This document shows, piece after piece, positions 30,107-38,707 of a stretch of DNA of 64,000 nucleotides (position 1 is its first letter; each line of letters opens with the position of its first letter). The notes under the pieces were generated by a model. It made no database searches. It saw only the letters and a list, made by a program, of their open reading frames with translations, and was not told the DNA's origin. The translations under genes and the position numbers were made by a program. This DNA comes from Candidatus Sericytochromatia bacterium. GTDB lineage: Bacteria; Cyanobacteriota; Sericytochromatia; S15B-MN24; UBA4093. The stretch spans positions 64,001-128,000 of the forward strand of contig JAKFBU010000038.1 in assembly GCA_036676985.1 (NCBI GenBank), written 5' to 3'.

Positions 30107-31885
30107 ATGAAGAACGTCGAAAGTCCCTCCGATGGGCGGCTGCGGCAGGTGCCGGCGGCCCTCATCGTCCTGGCCGTCTCGCTGCTCATCACCTGCGCGC
30201 TCTGGCTCGCCGTCGATCACGCCGTCCGCGAGCGCGATCGCCTCCGCTTCGAGGGGGCCGTGGACGAGGCGCAGCTGGCCATCACCCTGCGCATGGACAC
30301 CTACACCAACGCCTTGCGCGACGCGGTGGGACTCTTCGTGGCGTCCGGGGCCATCACGCGCGGCGAGTGGCACGACTACGTCCGGGCCCTCGAGCTGCGC
30401 CGACGCTATCCCGGCATCCAGGGGATAGGCTTCACGGAGCGCATTTCGGCCCCGGAGCTTGCGGCCCACGAGCGCCGGGTCAGGGCCGAGGGCTTTCCCG
30501 GCTATCGCGTCTGGCCGGAGACGCCCCGCTCCGAGTACTTCTCGATCGTCTACCTGGAGCCCTTCGACTGGCGCAACCAGCGCGCCTTCGGCTTCGACAT
30601 GTTCACGGAGCCGACGCGGCGCGAGGCCATGGCCCGGGCGCGGGACACCGGAGCACCCGCCCTGTCGGGTCGCGTCACCCTGGTTCAGGAGACGGACGTC
30701 TCCCCCCAGGCGGGGTTTCTCCTGTACGTGCCCGTGTATCGCAAGGGCATGCCATCGCGGACCGTCGAGGAGCGCCGGGCGTCCCTGGAGGGCTTCGTTT
30801 ACGCCCCCTTCCGCGCGGATGACCTGTTCAAGGGCATCTTCGGCCGCCTCGAGCGGAACCCGATCATCGACTTCGAGGTCTTCGACGGCCGGCGCATCAG
30901 CCCGGACACGCTGCTGCACGATCACAATCCGCTCTTCACGAGCGCCTACGGCGAGGATGCCACCTACCGCCCCCGCTTCCAGGAGGTCAAGGAGCTGACG
31001 ATCGCCGGGCATCGGTGGACGGTCCACTTCAGCACGCTGCCGGCCTTCGAGGCCGAGAGCAACCGCGCCCTGCCCCTGGTCGCCCTCATGGTCGGGCTCC
31101 TGGTGACGGGCCTGCTCGTCTGGCTCACATGGGCCTTGGGGACCGGGCGTGAGCGGGCGCTCGCGCTCGCCCGGGAGATGACGCTCGAGCTAAGGGAGGC
31201 GGACAAGGCCAAGGACGAGTTCCTGTCGGTCATCAGCCACGAGCTGCGGACGCCGCTCAACTTCATCATGGGCTTCGCGAGCATCCTCGAGGACGAGGTG
31301 GCAGGCCCCATGTCCCGCCAGCAGCACGAGTACATGGGCAAGATCCTCAACGGGGTCGATCGCATGCTGCTCCTGGTCAACGACCTTTTGGACTTCGCGA
31401 AGATCCAGGCCGGCAAGTTCGAGCTGCACCGCCACGCGACGCCTTACGCCCCCCTGGTCGAAGAGGTCGTCTCGACCATGCGCCCCCTGGCCGATCAAAA
31501 GGACATCGCCGTCTCGTCCGACGTGGCGGTGGACGTGACGCCGACCGTGGACGGGCCGCGCGTGGTCCAGGTGCTGACGAACCTGCTCTCGAACGCCGTC
31601 AAGTTCACGCCGGCGGGCGGCTCGATCCGCGTCACGGCCCGGATCGACGGCAACGACCTGCTTACGGAGGTCACGGACACGGGCATCGGCATCTCCGCCG
31701 AGGATCTTCCCAAGCTCTTCACGCGCTTTCGGCAGCTCGACATGAGCAGCACGCGCGAGGCGGGCGGCACGGGGCTGGGGCTTTCCATCTCCAAGGGCAT
31801 CGTCGAGGCCCACGGCGGGAGCATCGGCGTCAGGAGCGAGAAGGGCTGCGGCAGCACCTTCTGGTTCCGCTTGCCCCTGGGCTGA
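30107..31885 (+). CDS. CHASE-domain sensor histidine kinase
   Basis: TM-CHASE (YLEP..RNQRAFGFDM)-TM, H-box ISHELRTPL, NLLSNAVKFT, DTGIGI, GGTGLGL. An alternative GTG start lies at 30095. Confidence 0.92.
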   Translation: MKNVESPSDGRLRQVPAALIVLAVSLLITCALWLAVDHAVRERDRLRFEGAVDEAQLAITLRMDTYTNALRDAVGLFVASGAITRGEWHDYVRALELRRRYPGIQGIGFTERISAPELAAHERRVRAEGFPGYRVWPETPRSEYFSIVYLEPFDWRNQRAFGFDMFTEPTRREAMARARDTGAPALSGRVTLVQETDVSPQAGFLLYVPVYRKGMPSRTVEERRASLEGFVYAPFRADDLFKGIFGRLERNPIIDFEVFDGRRISPDTLLHDHNPLFTSAYGEDATYRPRFQEVKELTIAGHRWTVHFSTLPAFEAESNRALPLVALMVGLLVTGLLVWLTWALGTGRERALALAREMTLELREADKAKDEFLSVISHELRTPLNFIMGFASILEDEVAGPMSRQQHEYMGKILNGVDRMLLLVNDLLDFAKIQAGKFELHRHATPYAPLVEEVVSTMRPLADQKDIAVSSDVAVDVTPTVDGPRVVQVLTNLLSNAVKFTPAGGSIRVTARIDGNDLLTEVTDTGIGISAEDLPKLFTRFRQLDMSSTREAGGTGLGLSISKGIVEAHGGSIGVRSEKGCGSTFWFRLPLG

Positions 31886-31890
31886 CGCGC

Positions 31891-32748
31891 CTACTCCAAG
31901 GCCTCGGGCGGGTGCGGCAACGCGCGCTCGGCCTCCGGATCGTGGCTCGGCACGACCATAAGGTCCGGGTCCAGCTGATGCAGATGGTGTAACAGCCGCA
32001 AGGGCTCGTCGTTTGGGCCCTGGTCGACCAAGATGCGGGTCGGCCAGCTGCGCGGCGTCAGCTGCACGTAGTGATCTCGGACCCAGGCCGTGTCTCCGGC
32101 CAACAGGACGCGCCGCCCCGAGGGCAGGCGCACGAGGACGCCCATGTGGCCCGGCGTGTGGCCGTGCGTGTCCAGGAGCACCAGCGCGCCGTCCCCGGCG
32201 AGATCCTGGGCGTGCCGAAAGATGCCGAACGGGCCGCTGCGCTCGAGATCTACCCACCGCAGTCTCGGCCGGACGCTCTCTACGAGGAACGGGGGGGCCG
32301 ATCCGAGAAATGCCTCGCCCTCCGGGCGGCTCATGACCACCTCGGCCCGGGGAAAGTCCGCCACCCCGCCCACATGGTCCATGTGGGCATGCGTGACGAG
32401 GATGCGGCGCACCCGATCCGGGTCGAGCCCCCAAGTCGCGAGCTGCTGGGGCAGGGTCTGCCGGGGCGGCCCCCAGGCGATGCGCGCAACAGCGTAGAAG
32501 AGGTTGGCCGGAAAGCGCCCGCGGTACTCGCCGAAGCGCGACCCGTAGCCCGCGTCCACCAGGGTCAGGCCCGCCGGGTGCTCGAGGACAAAGACCAGGT
32601 TGGGCAAGGAGACGCGCTGCTGCCATGAGCCCCCCGCGACCACCAAGGCCCACGGGGTGTCCACCGTGGGGCTGTCTCGAAAGGCGTAGAGCTTGCAGGG
32701 CGCCTGCAGCTGGGTGCCGAGTGCCAGCGCAAGGAGGGTCGTGCCCAT
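31891..32748 (-). CDS. Metallo-beta-lactamase fold hydrolase (AHL-lactonase-like)
   Basis: THAHMDHVGG, GHTPGH, LAGD, PSHD. Confidence 0.85.
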   Translation of the reverse strand: MGTTLLALALGTQLQAPCKLYAFRDSPTVDTPWALVVAGGSWQQRVSLPNLVFVLEHPAGLTLVDAGYGSRFGEYRGRFPANLFYAVARIAWGPPRQTLPQQLATWGLDPDRVRRILVTHAHMDHVGGVADFPRAEVVMSRPEGEAFLGSAPPFLVESVRPRLRWVDLERSGPFGIFRHAQDLAGDGALVLLDTHGHTPGHMGVLVRLPSGRRVLLAGDTAWVRDHYVQLTPRSWPTRILVDQGPNDEPLRLLHHLHQLDPDLMVVPSHDPEAERALPHPPEALE

Positions 32749-32846
32749 CGTGTCCCGCCCCCTTTCGTGTCCTCCCGGTTGTACACTCTCGCTCGGCGGT
32801 AGGGGAATCGGCGTCCCTCCCATAAACTTTGGGCAGGAGGGAGAGC

Positions 32847-33845
32847 ATGCCGGAGACGACGCCACCACCGCGCGACGCGATCATCGTGGGCGGGGGGCTC
32901 GCGGGCCTTTCCGCGGCCATCTACCTGGGGCGGGCCATGCGCGACACGCTCGTCCTCGATGCGGGCCGCTCCATGGCCGGCTGGGAGCCCCACGTGGAGA
33001 ATTTTCTGGGCTTTCCCGAGGGCATCTCCGGCGAGTCCCTTTTGGAGCGCGGCCGGGTGCAGGCCGCGCGCTACGGGGTGGAGGTCGTGCGCGATGAGAT
33101 CCTGGCGGTCGAACGCGGCGCGGCGGGCTTCGTCCTGCGGTCGGAGGGCGCGACCTACCTTGCTAGGCGCCTGTTGCTCGCGACGGGCCTCTACCACATT
33201 CCGCCGGACATCCCCGGCGTCCCGGAGTGCCTGGGCCAGAGCCTGTTCTTCTGCAAGGACTGCGACGGGTACCGGGTCCAGGGCAAGCGGGTGGCCATCA
33301 TCGGCTGCAACGACGACACGGTGGAGTACGCCCTCGGCATGCTCGCCTACTCCCCGCGGGTGGTGATCGCGACCAACCGGCAGGCGGGTTTCTGGAGCCC
33401 GCGCCACGCCGCGTGGCTGGAAGAGTACGACGTGCCGGTCGTGCACGGCCGGATCCGGGCCCTCGAACACGAGGGCGGCCGGATCAGGGCCCTGCGGCTG
33501 GAGGACGGCCAGGCGCTCGCCGCCGAGACCGTCTTCTCGACCCGCGGCGACCTGTACTTCAACCGGCTAGCCAAAAGTCTCGGCGCCGAGGTCGATGCGG
33601 AGGGGCAGGTCGTGGTCGACGCCCGGCTGCAGACCACGGTGCCGGGCCTCTACGCGGCGGGTTGCCTGACGCCCGCCAACTGCCAGATGATCATCGCGGC
33701 GGGACAGGGGGCGATCGCCGCCCAGGCCATCAACCGGGACCTGTTCGAGGAGAGCCTGGAGACCCATGCCCTGCGGCGGTGCCGCGCGCTTCAGCTATCG
33801 ACCGAGCAGACAGAGCCTTTCTGGGTGGGAGAGGAGGAGGCATGA
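32847..33845 (+). CDS. Thioredoxin-reductase-like NAD(P)/FAD oxidoreductase
   Basis: IVGGGLAGLSAA, LLATG, CKDCDG (CxxC), TTVPGLYAAG. Confidence 0.88.
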   Translation: MPETTPPPRDAIIVGGGLAGLSAAIYLGRAMRDTLVLDAGRSMAGWEPHVENFLGFPEGISGESLLERGRVQAARYGVEVVRDEILAVERGAAGFVLRSEGATYLARRLLLATGLYHIPPDIPGVPECLGQSLFFCKDCDGYRVQGKRVAIIGCNDDTVEYALGMLAYSPRVVIATNRQAGFWSPRHAAWLEEYDVPVVHGRIRALEHEGGRIRALRLEDGQALAAETVFSTRGDLYFNRLAKSLGAEVDAEGQVVVDARLQTTVPGLYAAGCLTPANCQMIIAAGQGAIAAQAINRDLFEESLETHALRRCRALQLSTEQTEPFWVGEEEA

Positions 33846-34501
33846 GCCTGCGCGTCGTCATCCTGGACGTGGACGGGACCCTCGTGGACAGCAACGCGGC
33901 GCATGCCGAGAGCTGGGCGGACGTGTTCCGGGCCTTCGGTTACGCCGTGACCTCGGACCAGGTCCGGCCGCTCATCGGCATGGGCGGCGACGAGCTGATT
34001 CCCCGGGCCGTGGGCGTCTCGAAGGAGAGCCCCCTCGGCAAGGCCATGAACGAGCGCCGCAAGCAGATCTTCCATGATCAGTACCTACCGCGCCTCAAGC
34101 CCGTGCCCGGCTCCAGGCCCCTGCTGGAGCGCATGCGCCAAGCGGGCCTGCGCCTGGTGGTCGCCACCAGTGCCGAGGCCGAGGAGCTCGTGCCGCTGCT
34201 CGAGGTGGCCCAGGTCTCGGACCTCATCGACGAGACCACCGATGCCCAGGCCGTCGCCCACTCCAAGCCGGCACCGGACCTGGTGGAGGCGGCGCTCAAG
34301 CAGGCGGGAGTCGCGCCCGACGAGGCGGTCTTCCTGGGCGACACGCCCTACGACCTCGCGGCCGCCCGTAAGGCCGGCGTACCCATGATCGGCGTGCGTT
34401 CGGGCGGATGGGACGAATCGGCCCTGAAGGGCGCGCTCGCCGTCTACGCCGATCCCCTCGACCTGCTGGAGCACTACGAGCTGTCGCCCCTGGCCAAATG
34501 A
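33842..34501 (+). CDS. HAD-superfamily hydrolase
   Basis: ILDVDGTLVDS, VATS, SKPAPD, GDTPYD. ATGA overlap with the upstream gene. Confidence 0.9.
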   Translation: MSLRVVILDVDGTLVDSNAAHAESWADVFRAFGYAVTSDQVRPLIGMGGDELIPRAVGVSKESPLGKAMNERRKQIFHDQYLPRLKPVPGSRPLLERMRQAGLRLVVATSAEAEELVPLLEVAQVSDLIDETTDAQAVAHSKPAPDLVEAALKQAGVAPDEAVFLGDTPYDLAAARKAGVPMIGVRSGGWDESALKGALAVYADPLDLLEHYELSPLAK

Positions 34502-34644
34502 CGGGCCTATCGCTTGTGCAACTTGCCCAAAGCGCGGGGCTGTGGCAGCGGCTAGCATGAGCGTGAGTATCGACGCCGCGCCGCTGCCTGTCGGGAGCTG
34601 CCAAGGGCGTCGGCATCGTTTCATGGCGCGGTGAGGAGGTGGCG

Positions 34645-35463
34645 ATGGGCATGGCACGGCTCCTGCTGGCGGCTGGCATCGCGGTGCTGTGGGCCTGCTC
34701 GCGCCCCGTCAACCCCGTCGATCCGGCGGGGGCCGCCGCCAAGACCAAGGCCAAGGCGGGGGGCCAGGCCCGCTACGTGGCCGACTGGGGCCGCATGCCC
34801 AGCGGCCTGCCTCCGGCCGACTGGATCGACGTCGTCGAGGACGGCCACAGCTACCCCTGGCTCTACGACGGGGGCTGGCAGGTCCGGCGCGTGGGCAATT
34901 CAGCGAGCCTGGTGGTCCCGCTCGCCAATGTCCGCATGGCCGAGCCCCTCTCGTTTCGCCGCTACGACGGGGACGCCTTCGGCGCGGAAGGCAGCTTGCC
35001 CGAGCGCTACCGGGTGGTGCTCGAGGGGCGCAGCATGGGCGGCGCCCAGCGCTTCAACGGGTACGGCGAGCTCGCAAGCCAGGTCTTTTACCTGACGCCC
35101 AAGAGCTACGTGGAGGTCCTCCAGACCGACACGGACTTCTTCATCTGGCAGGCGGACAACGCGGCGCCCATGCAGGGATCGGGCTGGAAGCAGCTCGCCA
35201 AGGTTCCGAACGCCGTCAAGATCGGGGACTGGGTGCGCTTCGGCGCCGAGGTCGACACCGTGGCCGGGACCGTCGTGGCCCTATTGAACGACCGGCCCGT
35301 GGCCACCGCGAGCCCGAGCCTCATGGCCTTGGGCTACAAGCCCCGGCTCACGCTGCGCGCCACCGGAAACCGCGAGGAGTGGCGAGTGGTCGAGATCCAC
35401 GAGCTGCCCCCCGGCCCGGCGTCTATTCCAGGGGCAGCAGCTTCCACGTCGGCTGCACCGTAA
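34645..35463 (+). CDS. Hypothetical lipoprotein (possible lectin/ConA-like beta fold)
   Basis: AGGAGG RBS, lipobox LWAC, beta-rich aromatic sequence. Confidence 0.65.
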   Translation: MGMARLLLAAGIAVLWACSRPVNPVDPAGAAAKTKAKAGGQARYVADWGRMPSGLPPADWIDVVEDGHSYPWLYDGGWQVRRVGNSASLVVPLANVRMAEPLSFRRYDGDAFGAEGSLPERYRVVLEGRSMGGAQRFNGYGELASQVFYLTPKSYVEVLQTDTDFFIWQADNAAPMQGSGWKQLAKVPNAVKIGDWVRFGAEVDTVAGTVVALLNDRPVATASPSLMALGYKPRLTLRATGNREEWRVVEIHELPPGPASIPGAAASTSAAP

Positions 35464-35923
35464 CCCTCGCAATCCGCGGATCCGGCGGCCAGATGAGCCC
35501 GTAGTGCCCCTGCTTGCCGGGTAGGAGGGCCTGGGGGCCAACCACGGCCGCGCGGGTGTCGAGGAGGAGGCCCGCGGCGTCGTAGAAGCGCACGACGACC
35601 GCCACGTCCCGGGCGGGGGCCTGACCCACGTTGGCGAGCTGCCCATCCAGGCGCCACCAGCCGGCGATGTCGGCCTCCAAGGAGCGGGATAGCAGCACGA
35701 TCAGGGGGATCTCGGGGGCCAGCTCCGGATCGGAGGCCATCCCGGGCAGGGGCACCAGCTCGGGCGGCGCAGCGCTCGGGACGGGGCTCGGCGAGCTGAG
35801 GGCCGTGGGCGCTGGAGGCGTGGCGGCCGGGCCACCGGCACAAGAGGCCATGAGGCCGATGCTCAGGACCAGGGCCAGGGACGCCAGGGCGCCCGACGAG
35901 ACGGACACCGTGAGCCGCCGCAT
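35423..35923 (-). CDS. Hypothetical lipoprotein with FxLYD-like domain
   Basis: Lipobox LMASC, Pro-rich linker, GQLANVG...VRFYDAAG; start uncertain. Confidence 0.6.
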   Translation of the reverse strand: MRRLTVSVSSGALASLALVLSIGLMASCAGGPAATPPAPTALSSPSPVPSAAPPELVPLPGMASDPELAPEIPLIVLLSRSLEADIAGWWRLDGQLANVGQAPARDVAVVVRFYDAAGLLLDTRAAVVGPQALLPGKQGHYGLIWPPDPRIARVTVQPTWKLLPLE

Positions 35924-36041
35924 GGCGGTCGAGGGGATCCCCTCTTTGGTCGCTTCATCCGTCGTCTGGCCGCCCATGCGACCAGCCTAGCCTTCCCAAC
36001 GGCCGCTTGCCTCGGCCGAATCGGCCAAGGTTCATGGGTGC

Positions 36042-36626
36042 CTACTCGGCCAGGGAGCCTCGCTGGATGGGGAGCGATCGCCCGCTCTGGAGGTACGCCC
36101 ATGCGCGGGCGAGCCCGATGACGGCCAGGCTGTCGGTGATCTCCCCGGCCATGGCCATGCGGTAGGCCTCCGCGAGCGGGAGCCGCCGGACCTCCAGGCG
36201 CTCGGTGCCTTCGGGCCGGCTCTCTCCGAAGCTCAGCCCCTCGGCCAGGTAGACGGCCCCGACCTCGTTGGTCACGGAGTTGGATGTGTGCAGGTCGCCC
36301 AGGTAGGTCCAGCGCGCGGCCGTCAGTCCCGTCTCCTCTGCGAGTTCGCGCTTGGCCGACTCGAGCGGGGACTCGCCCAGCGGCCCGCCGCCCTCGGGGA
36401 TCTCCCAGGAGTAGGCGTGCAGCGGGTAGCGGTACTGCCCCACCAGGAAGGTATCGAGCTCGGCTGTGACCGGGACGACCCCGATGGCGCGGTTCTTGAA
36501 CTCGACCACCCCGTACACCCCCGGCTGGCCGTCGGGGCGCAGGACCCGGTCCTCCCGGACGCGGATCCAGGCATTCTCGTACTGGGGCACGCTCTCGAGC
36601 GTACGCCACGGGTTCTCGTGGTTCAC
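36042..36626 (-). CDS. NUDIX hydrolase (ADP-ribose pyrophosphatase-like)
   Basis: QYRYP and Nudix box WEIPEGG...AKRELAEETG. Confidence 0.9.
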   Translation of the reverse strand: MNHENPWRTLESVPQYENAWIRVREDRVLRPDGQPGVYGVVEFKNRAIGVVPVTAELDTFLVGQYRYPLHAYSWEIPEGGGPLGESPLESAKRELAEETGLTAARWTYLGDLHTSNSVTNEVGAVYLAEGLSFGESRPEGTERLEVRRLPLAEAYRMAMAGEITDSLAVIGLARAWAYLQSGRSLPIQRGSLAE

Positions 36627-36743
36627 GGGGCTCCTCGGGGTCGTCCTGGGCCCTTGGCGGGGCGAGTGGGCCGGACCATGTTACACCGAACGGCGCCCAA
36701 CGGCCGCGCGAGGCGGTACAATGGGGATGGAAAGGGACTCAGC

Positions 36744-37427
36744 ATGCGATTGGTACTGTTCGACATCGACGGCACGCTCATTCGGACCAAGGGTTCAGGT
36801 CGAAAGGCCCTAGGGCAGGCCTTGCAAGAGGTCTACGGGGCGACCGGTCCGGTCGCGACCTGGGACTTCGGCGGCAAGACCGACCCCTTGCTTTGCTACG
36901 AGCTCTTGGGGGCTGCGGGCCTCTCGCGGGAGGCCATCGACGCCCGGATGGACGCCGCCCTCGAGCGCTATCTTCATTACTTGCGGGGCCTGCTCACCCC
37001 CGAGACCTGTCGCGTGATGCCGGGCGTCGAGCCCCTGCTCGAGGCCCTCGCCCGAGACGAGCGCGTGACCCTCGGCCTGCTCACGGGCAACGTGCAGGAG
37101 GGGGCGCAGGCCAAGCTCGCGGTCCATGGGCTCGATCGCTACTTCGATTTCGGGGCCTACGGCTGCGACTCCGGAGTGCGCAGCGAGTTGCCGGCAGTGG
37201 CGGTACGCCGGGCCCTGGAGCGGACCGGCCGCGAGCACCGGGGCAAGGAGGTCGTGATCATCGGGGACACGCCCGCGGACGTCGCCTGCGGCCGCCACCT
37301 CGACGTCCGCTCGATCGCGGTCGCGACCGGGACCTACTCGCTCGACGCCCTCCTGGCCCACGAGCCGGATGCCGCCTTCGAGACGCTCGAGCCGTTCGAG
37401 CGCGTCTGGTCGGCCATCTTCGACTAG
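36744..37427 (+). CDS. HAD-family phosphatase (phosphoglycolate-phosphatase-like)
   Basis: LFDIDGTL, GKTD, LLTGN, IGDTPAD. Confidence 0.88.
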   Translation: MRLVLFDIDGTLIRTKGSGRKALGQALQEVYGATGPVATWDFGGKTDPLLCYELLGAAGLSREAIDARMDAALERYLHYLRGLLTPETCRVMPGVEPLLEALARDERVTLGLLTGNVQEGAQAKLAVHGLDRYFDFGAYGCDSGVRSELPAVAVRRALERTGREHRGKEVVIIGDTPADVACGRHLDVRSIAVATGTYSLDALLAHEPDAAFETLEPFERVWSAIFD

Positions 37428-37493
37428 CCCGCGCCGGGGCTCCCCAGATCGGGCCTCCCATGGAAGAATGGACGTCACCGTTCAGGAGGACCT

Positions 37494-38267
37494 TTGACCC
37501 GCACGCACCATCCCACCGGCCGCCTGCACCAGACGAAGCCCTTCCACATCAAGGGCATCGAGGGGACGCGCCGGCTGACCATCTACCTGCCGCCCGGCTA
37601 CGACCAGTCCAAGGATCGTTACCCGGTCGCGTACATGTTCGACGGCCAGAACCTCTTCGGCGACGAAGGGTCCTACTCCGGCGGCTGGCACATGCACAAG
37701 GCGCTCGACGCCCGGGCGGCCAAGGGCCTGACGGTTCCCATCGTGGTGGGCATCCATCATGGGGGCGTCTCGCGGGCCGAGGAGCTCGCGCCCTGGCCCG
37801 TGGCCGAGGGTCAGCGGGCCCTCGGGGATCTGTTGCTCGACTGGGTCGTGGGGCCGCTCGCGCAGATGGTGCGCGAGGACCTGCGCGTCCTCGAGGGGCC
37901 GGAGCACACGCTGATCGGGGGCTCGTCCCTGGGCGGGCTCATGTCCCTCTACGGCTTCTTTCGGCACAACGACTTCTTCGGCAAGGCCCTGTGCATGTCT
38001 CCGTCCCTCTGGGTGAAGGAGGGGGAGATCTTCTATTACGTCTCGAAGGCCGCATGCGGGGGCTTCCCGCGCATCTACCTGGACTGCGGGGCGCGCGAGG
38101 CCCAGGGCATCGTCATCGAGCACGCCAAGTGGATGGCGGACCTCTTGGAGCGCAAGGGCTTCATCCGCAACGTCCACTTCCTGTGGCGCCCGGATTCCCG
38201 GGGCTCGCACAACGAGCGCAACTGGCGCCGCCGCCTGCCCCGGGCGCTGAAGTACCTGTACGTGTAA
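37494..38267 (+). CDS. Alpha/beta-hydrolase esterase (Fes/IroE-like)
   Basis: YLPPGY, YMFDGQNLF, GSSLGG, HNE..W. TTG start after AGGAGGA. Confidence 0.88.
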   Translation: MTRTHHPTGRLHQTKPFHIKGIEGTRRLTIYLPPGYDQSKDRYPVAYMFDGQNLFGDEGSYSGGWHMHKALDARAAKGLTVPIVVGIHHGGVSRAEELAPWPVAEGQRALGDLLLDWVVGPLAQMVREDLRVLEGPEHTLIGGSSLGGLMSLYGFFRHNDFFGKALCMSPSLWVKEGEIFYYVSKAACGGFPRIYLDCGAREAQGIVIEHAKWMADLLERKGFIRNVHFLWRPDSRGSHNERNWRRRLPRALKYLYV

Positions 38268-38429
38268 GCCGCTCCGCGCTTGATCACTTCGATCGGGCGT
38301 TTCCGTCACCCTGACCCCGGGGCTCACTAGCCAAGATCGCCAACGGATGGCGCCAAACTCGGCGGCGGGTGCGATGCGTGCTGTCCCGCCTTGCGGTGCA
38401 ATCGATGCATGCAGAGGGGAGGCGAGGCC

Positions 38430-38606
38430 ATGAGACGAATGATCGGCTTGCTGCTGGTGCTGCTCGCCGGCTGCGGTCCGGCGCCCTCGGGCGGCGGGGG
38501 CGGGCCGGAGCCCAGCCCTACGCCGACGTACTACCCGCCGCCGGGTGGCGCGGGGACCCTGCCGGGTCCGACCCCGGGACCGTCGCCGTCGCCCGTGACG
38601 CGCTAG
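38430..38606 (+). CDS. Small Pro/Gly-rich lipoprotein (58 aa)
   Basis: MRRMIGLLLVLLAGC lipobox, GGAGG/GAGG RBS. Confidence 0.55.
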   Translation: MRRMIGLLLVLLAGCGPAPSGGGGGPEPSPTPTYYPPPGGAGTLPGPTPGPSPSPVTR

Positions 38607-38707
38607 CCTACGGGGCCGAATAGGGGTGTGACCCAGTGGGACAGGCCTCCGCGCCTGTCTCTGGAGGGCTCACCTGGACCAAGTCCTAGAGGCTGTCCGC
38701 ACACCCT

